A program made the translations under genes and the position numbers. From Candidatus Latescibacterota bacterium (GTDB lineage: Bacteria; Latescibacterota; UBA2968), in contig OZ242311.1 of the NCBI GenBank assembly GCA_965207885.1, positions 3,872,001-3,936,000 of the forward strand: a DNA stretch of 64,000 nucleotides. The letters are read 5' to 3'. Of the stretch, positions 59,257 through 64,000 are shown piece by piece; within the stretch, counting starts at the first letter, position 1; the number at the start of each line of letters is the position of its first letter. The notes below the pieces were generated by a model. It was not told where the DNA came from and made no database searches. It worked only from the letters and a program-made list of their open reading frames with translations.

Positions 59257-60449
59257 GGATCACCTCCGATCCGCACCACCCTGCCTTCGGTTGCGACCTT
59301 TATCCCGCCTATGACGACCGCCTGACCGGCTTTCAGCGTGCCGGTTACGAACACCTTATCATCGGAACGCTGAAGGACGCGCACTGGGACGATGGTCAAT
59401 AGTGTGTCATCGCGCACTGCCCAGACCTCGTTGCCCGGTCTGAGTGCTGATCGCCGCAGGATGAAGTACTGGTCTGGGATGATTCCCTCAATTCGCACTT
59501 CTGCGAATTTGCCCACGAGAAGGGGCGGGCCAAGATCTGCGCCTGCCCCTTCGACTCGGGTGCCGCTTGTAAAAGGATTCGGGACGCGTACGATGACGTT
59601 GATGGTGCGCGTCTGTTCGTCCAGGGATGCCTCTGCTCGATCTACATAGCCCTCCCAGGCATAGCTCCCGTCGCCGTATTCAGCGATGACACGAGCCTTG
59701 ACCCGCCTATCTCCGTCGCCCGCTTCCAGCCCCCAAAGGCCGGGAATAAGGGCCGCATTGGCATCGGAGAGGGGAACTACCACCTCTACTGCGTCGGTCG
59801 CGTAAAGTCGCCCCACGCTCTGACCGGCTACCACGAACTGCCCCACATCTATCGATTCTGTCTGCACGACACCTCTGAAAGGCGCGCGGACTTTTGTGCG
59901 TGCCAGAGCCAACTCGGCGTCAGCGAGCACAGCACTATCTCTGGCCACCGAGGCGCGGGCTGCCTCGAGTTGAGGCTCCCACAGCGCAAGGGGATTGGCT
60001 TTGGCTATATCCGTTTGGTCACGTCTGAACTGCGCGTACTCAGCGCGTGCGATCTGGGCTTCTTCATTCGCCCTGAGGAGTGCGACATGCTGCGCGGCCA
60101 CGTTGGCACGCGCCTGCTGAACTCTGTTGAGGTAGTCGGCATCATTAATGCGGAAGAGAACCTGCCCTTTTCTGACTCGTCCGCCACTCTGAAACGCCGG
60201 ATCTACCCAAACAACCTTACCATTGATTTCAGCGGCAACATCTATCTCTGCGACGGGCCGAACCGTTCCGGCCCCGTACACGGGAATTGCACCAGCACCG
60301 ATCGCCGCCGGAGCCGTGACTGCGAAAGGCGCCCGGGAAGTAAGAGGCCGGACTTCCTGCTCAGGCTTCAGCCAGACCATAAAGTAGGCAACCGTCAAGG
60401 ATATGAGAAGGATGGCACCTGCCACAAGTAAGCTTCTTCCGCGATTCAT
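59253..60449 (-). CDS. RND periplasmic adaptor (MFP) subunit
   Basis: N-terminal TM, G.V.KGQ.L..I lipoyl half-motif, L.RT...APF.G, GQ.V; ATGA overlap with the RND gene. Confidence 0.92.
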   Translation of the reverse strand: MNRGRSLLVAGAILLISLTVAYFMVWLKPEQEVRPLTSRAPFAVTAPAAIGAGAIPVYGAGTVRPVAEIDVAAEINGKVVWVDPAFQSGGRVRKGQVLFRINDADYLNRVQQARANVAAQHVALLRANEEAQIARAEYAQFRRDQTDIAKANPLALWEPQLEAARASVARDSAVLADAELALARTKVRAPFRGVVQTESIDVGQFVVAGQSVGRLYATDAVEVVVPLSDANAALIPGLWGLEAGDGDRRVKARVIAEYGDGSYAWEGYVDRAEASLDEQTRTINVIVRVPNPFTSGTRVEGAGADLGPPLLVGKFAEVRIEGIIPDQYFILRRSALRPGNEVWAVRDDTLLTIVPVRVLQRSDDKVFVTGTLKAGQAVVIGGIKVATEGRVVRIGGDP

Positions 60450-60525
60450 CTCTCTTCTCTTTTCATTAAAGTCCGATAATCACCCGGGGTAACGCCTCTC
60501 TTCCCTACGCCGAGTTCTAACGCTG

Positions 60526-61641
60526 TCAACAGAAGATTTCGTCTCCAATATCTATTTGCGGCAACACCGCACACAACACCTTCGCAAAAGCTTGCCGCTC
60601 GGCGGATAGCCCCACGGTCACGCGAATGCAGCGGTCGAGCGGATCCACGCCTGGCATCCGCACGAAGACCCCGTGCTGCAAAAGCATCTGCATCAGCCGC
60701 CGCGCTCGCTCGCCACTACCCACGTCGAGGGCCACAAAATTAGTCGCCGAAGGCACCGTTTGCAGCCCCAATTCCGCCGCCAGCACCGCGTATTCCCGTC
60801 GGCCTTCCTCTACTTGCCGCACCACCGAGCGCACGAACGCATCGTCGCCCAGCGAAGCAAGTGCCCCAGCTTGGGCGATGCGATTGACGCCAAAGTGATT
60901 GCGCACCTTGTCGAGCGCGGCCACCACATCGCGGTGTGCCAGCGCGTAGCCGACCCTGGCCCCAGCCATGCCGTGCGCCTTGGAAAACGTCCGCAACCGC
61001 ACCACCTGTGCCCGTTCCACTTCCAGCGGCAACAGGGCATCCTCCGGCGCGAAGTCGATATACGCCTCGTCGAGCAGCAACACACAATCCGGCGGCAACC
61101 CCACGATAAAATCCCGCAACTCGTCGGCTCGCTGATAGGTGCCCATGGGGTTGTCGGGATTGGCCACGTAGATCAGCTTGGGGCGCACTTGCCGCGCCTT
61201 GTCCAACAGGGCCGGCAAGTCCTCTCGATCCGCGCGATAGGGCACCTTGTGCAACACCGCCCCGTGCCCCTCGACGTGGTAGTTAAACGTGGGATAGGCC
61301 CCCAGCGACGTCACCACCGCGTCGCCCGGCTCGGCAAAAAGGCGCACCAAAAGCCCCAACAGTTCGTCAATCCCCGCACCCAAGACGACCTCTTCCTGCG
61401 CCACCCCGTGCCGCACCGCCAACGCCGAGCGCAGCTCGTATCCCTCTGGATCGTTGTACCAATGCACTTGCTCCACCGCCTCTACCATGGCCTGCCGCGC
61501 ACGCGGCGAGATACCAAAATTGCTCTCATTAGCACCAACTCGCAGGGCGAGCGGCTGCCCTTGCTCCCGCTCCAATGCCTCGGGCGGCACAAAGGGAACG
61601 GTCGCTGGCAGGGCGCGGACGATGTGCGTAAACGGCAACAC
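60526..61641 (-). CDS. PLP-dependent class I/II aminotransferase (HisC-like)
   Basis: GANE, G.DE, NPDNP.G, DEAY, RTFSKAHGMAG.RVGY, TNFV, IRV.VG. Confidence 0.85.
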   Translation of the reverse strand: MLPFTHIVRALPATVPFVPPEALEREQGQPLALRVGANESNFGISPRARQAMVEAVEQVHWYNDPEGYELRSALAVRHGVAQEEVVLGAGIDELLGLLVRLFAEPGDAVVTSLGAYPTFNYHVEGHGAVLHKVPYRADREDLPALLDKARQVRPKLIYVANPDNPMGTYQRADELRDFIVGLPPDCVLLLDEAYIDFAPEDALLPLEVERAQVVRLRTFSKAHGMAGARVGYALAHRDVVAALDKVRNHFGVNRIAQAGALASLGDDAFVRSVVRQVEEGRREYAVLAAELGLQTVPSATNFVALDVGSGERARRLMQMLLQHGVFVRMPGVDPLDRCIRVTVGLSAERQAFAKVLCAVLPQIDIGDEIFC

Positions 61642-61644
61642 GGG

Positions 61645-62463
61645 TTAAGACCACACGTAGATTTCGTCGTCGTCTTCGGCATAGCCAATGAAGACGGCGA
61701 GCACCACCCGCGGATCGTCCCCCTGTACCGCAGGGACCTCGTGGATGCAGCGCGTATTGAAGAAATACAAATCGCCCGGCTCGAGCGCGACCTCGCAGTG
61801 CGCCACGCCATGCGCGGCCGCATATTCGTGAAAACGGCCCTCGGCGATATACGGCTGTATCTCCTTGGTCCACAGACAGCGATGCAACACAGCCTGCACC
61901 CCAGGTCCTGCGGAATCCGCGTTCTGTACGCACAGCACACCGGCAAATTGGTGGGTAAAGCGCGTCACCTCGTAGTTGAACCGCTTTTCGCGCAGAACGA
62001 CGTGGTCGATGTGCGGACTATAGGCGTGGGTCTCGTAGTGGATGCGAAAGATGGCCGGGCCGTACAAGCACCCGTCGCGCTCGCGCGCCGTCTTAACCTC
62101 CTTATTGGAAGCCAACGCCTGCAAGTGCCTATAGAGCAGTTGCACCGGGTCGAGCAAACCCGCAAAAAGGGTAGCAAAAAGCGCTTGCGTCTCCTCCGCA
62201 TCTGCCAAGAACGCCTCTTGGTCGCCGCCCAAGTTGCCGAGGCTGGTGCCAATGTCGATGCGCGTGCGCTCGTCGCCCGCAGCGCGCAGCAACCCGCGCT
62301 CGGCAAAGCGTTCCATCAGCCGCTGGCAATCGGCTGGCGTACAGACCTGGGGCAACAGAATCGCCGGTATCTCCGCCCGAGCCAAGGCGCCGAGCGGATC
62401 GGCGCACGCGTCCGGCCCCACGGGCCGCCAAGCGGCTCTTGTGTGACCCTGTGGATACTTCAA
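61645..62463 (-). CDS. Fe(II)/2OG oxygenase-like protein
   Basis: PHID, L.PGDLY.FN...IHEV..V.G..PR. Confidence 0.7.
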   Translation of the reverse strand: MKYPQGHTRAAWRPVGPDACADPLGALARAEIPAILLPQVCTPADCQRLMERFAERGLLRAAGDERTRIDIGTSLGNLGGDQEAFLADAEETQALFATLFAGLLDPVQLLYRHLQALASNKEVKTARERDGCLYGPAIFRIHYETHAYSPHIDHVVLREKRFNYEVTRFTHQFAGVLCVQNADSAGPGVQAVLHRCLWTKEIQPYIAEGRFHEYAAAHGVAHCEVALEPGDLYFFNTRCIHEVPAVQGDDPRVVLAVFIGYAEDDDEIYVWS

Positions 62464-62502
62464 TGCGGATCCTTCCTTTTAGCCTTTGCAGATGCCCTAT
62501 GC

Positions 62503-63870
62503 CTAATTCTTCGGCCAGTCAAAATGCGCGTTAATATTTTCCACGTATTTCATCGGCTCATTGGGTTCAATATTAAACAGCGCATCCAGCACCTCCAACC
62601 CGTGCTGGTATGATTTTGTCTCCTTACTTTCGAGCACGCCAAATAGCATCATCGACTTATCGCCCGACAAAACCGCTTCGAGCGTGCGCTCCATATTGAG
62701 CCAATCGGGATAAATGCACTCCAGCATAATTTTCTTTGGCAATGGCGGCACGCGCAAAGGCTGAATGCCCTTCTTATTCACAATCGCGGGAACTTCCACC
62801 GCCACATCGTCGGGAATACCCGGTAGCGCGCCGCAATTGGGCACATTCACCTGAAACTGACCCTCCACATTGTTCACCAGCCCATTCATAATCGGAATAT
62901 GCTGCTCGTGCGTCATCTGATCGCCAAACAAATCAATCGGCCGAATTTTCTCATCATAAGCCGCCGCCTTCATCTGCTCGTATTTTTCTGCCTTACCCTC
63001 CAGCACCGCATCGCGGCCGGCTGGCGTGTCTTTACCCCCATTGGGGTCGTACCAGTATTTCCGCGCATCCAGATCCGTGTGATACCACCAACCGCCCCGC
63101 CGGGGCGTATCGCCAATGGGCATCAAACCATACATCTTGTATTGATGAATCGATGCGCGCGACATCTGCGTGGGAATAGACTTGCCCTCTCGGGTCAACC
63201 GCTCCCAATACGCCTCGCTCTCCTCCGCAATCCACTGATCCAACTTCGGATACATATCCTCATTCTCAAAGATAAAATCCGTCATCCAAATATTGTGATT
63301 CAGTCCCGGTGCCTGCCACGTCACCTCATCCGGATCCAATCCCAATGTGCGCGCCACACCCGCATAGCCATAATGCCCGTGACACAACCCGCACACCTTA
63401 ATCTCCGTCTCCCGCGTCATCAATGTCGTCCCATCAAATACCGGATTACCCGCCAGCAAAATCCACGCATCGGGACACAGCTTCTCCATATCTCTCGCCA
63501 CATCCAGCATCAGTTGCAAATTGTAATACTCGGGCATCCCGGTCTTATCGTAAAAATACCCGAGCTTCGCCGTCATCTTGCGTCGCCGCTGCATAAAATA
63601 CTCATTGTGCGTCACCGTCGCCGTATTGATCACAAAATCGGCATCCTGCAACGCGGCCTCTCTATCAGTCGTTTTCTCAAACGTCATATCCGCGCTCAAA
63701 TCTTCGGCATAACGCCGCCCGAGTTCGTAAATCACATCGAGCACTTCCTCATTGATATCCATAAAACAAACGTGGCTGCCATTCAATTCCTTTGTCAGAC
63801 ACAAATCCTTCACCAGCCCGAGCGAAAACACCACGCTACCCGCACCAAAAATCGTCACCTTATTTGCCAT
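62503..63870 (-). CDS. Family 4 glycoside hydrolase (NAD-dependent alpha-glucosidase/alpha-galactosidase)
   Basis: IFGAGSVVF, L.DADFV, CP.AW....NP, GLCHG, G.NH..W, VN.PN.G...P.D..VE.P. Start ATG 63870. Confidence 0.9.
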   Translation of the reverse strand: MANKVTIFGAGSVVFSLGLVKDLCLTKELNGSHVCFMDINEEVLDVIYELGRRYAEDLSADMTFEKTTDREAALQDADFVINTATVTHNEYFMQRRRKMTAKLGYFYDKTGMPEYYNLQLMLDVARDMEKLCPDAWILLAGNPVFDGTTLMTRETEIKVCGLCHGHYGYAGVARTLGLDPDEVTWQAPGLNHNIWMTDFIFENEDMYPKLDQWIAEESEAYWERLTREGKSIPTQMSRASIHQYKMYGLMPIGDTPRRGGWWYHTDLDARKYWYDPNGGKDTPAGRDAVLEGKAEKYEQMKAAAYDEKIRPIDLFGDQMTHEQHIPIMNGLVNNVEGQFQVNVPNCGALPGIPDDVAVEVPAIVNKKGIQPLRVPPLPKKIMLECIYPDWLNMERTLEAVLSGDKSMMLFGVLESKETKSYQHGLEVLDALFNIEPNEPMKYVENINAHFDWPKN

Positions 63871-64000
63871 TACGCACTCCCTATAAAAACATGAGAAACA
63901 ACACTCTCGCACAATTTACAACAACCCATCCCGTCTCGCCAGTTCTTTCCCCGTATATACTCAACGATTCAGACGCCTTTTCCATTCATCGCCATCAAAT

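Noticed and set aside
60526-61641. Gene symbol hisC (and dapA for 12961-13863)
   Set aside because: Family-level motifs only, no pathway context, and substrate motifs differ

Overview
Bacterial genomic window, gene-dense and mostly minus-strand, with about 45 CDSs. No rRNA, tRNA or CRISPR array was found. Gene content (TonB receptor with a T9SS-type CTD protein and a PorV-like barrel, many PhyH-family Fe(II)/2OG oxygenases, sulfatase, DUF6785 transporter) suggests an FCB-group, Latescibacterota-like marine or host-associated heterotroph; this is inference. Main blocks: (i) 1-25.8 kb, catabolic genes with several PhyH-like oxygenases carrying non-canonical HxG/HxA iron motifs, a TA pair and duplication or deletion scars; (ii) 26.1-37.4 kb, a type I R-M defence island with an HTH-fused hsdM and a visible promoter/operator, a duplicated hsdM tail around an aspartic protease, hsdS, a RES gene, stubs of DUF1156 and DUF3800 genes, an IS5, VNTR blocks, hsdR, an M48 peptidase and an orphan ATPase; (iii) 37.5-51.5 kb, an uptake and catabolism cluster plus a candidate sRNA; (iv) 51.7-60.4 kb, the most striking block: a putative sterol-remodelling island (MFP, RND pump, GPP34/GOLPH3-cytochrome P450 fusion, sterol C24-methyltransferase, convergent Neverland/KshA-type Rieske oxygenase); (v) 60.5-63.9 kb, aminotransferase, 2OG oxygenase and GH4. 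All family calls come from motif recognition by eye; no database search was run.
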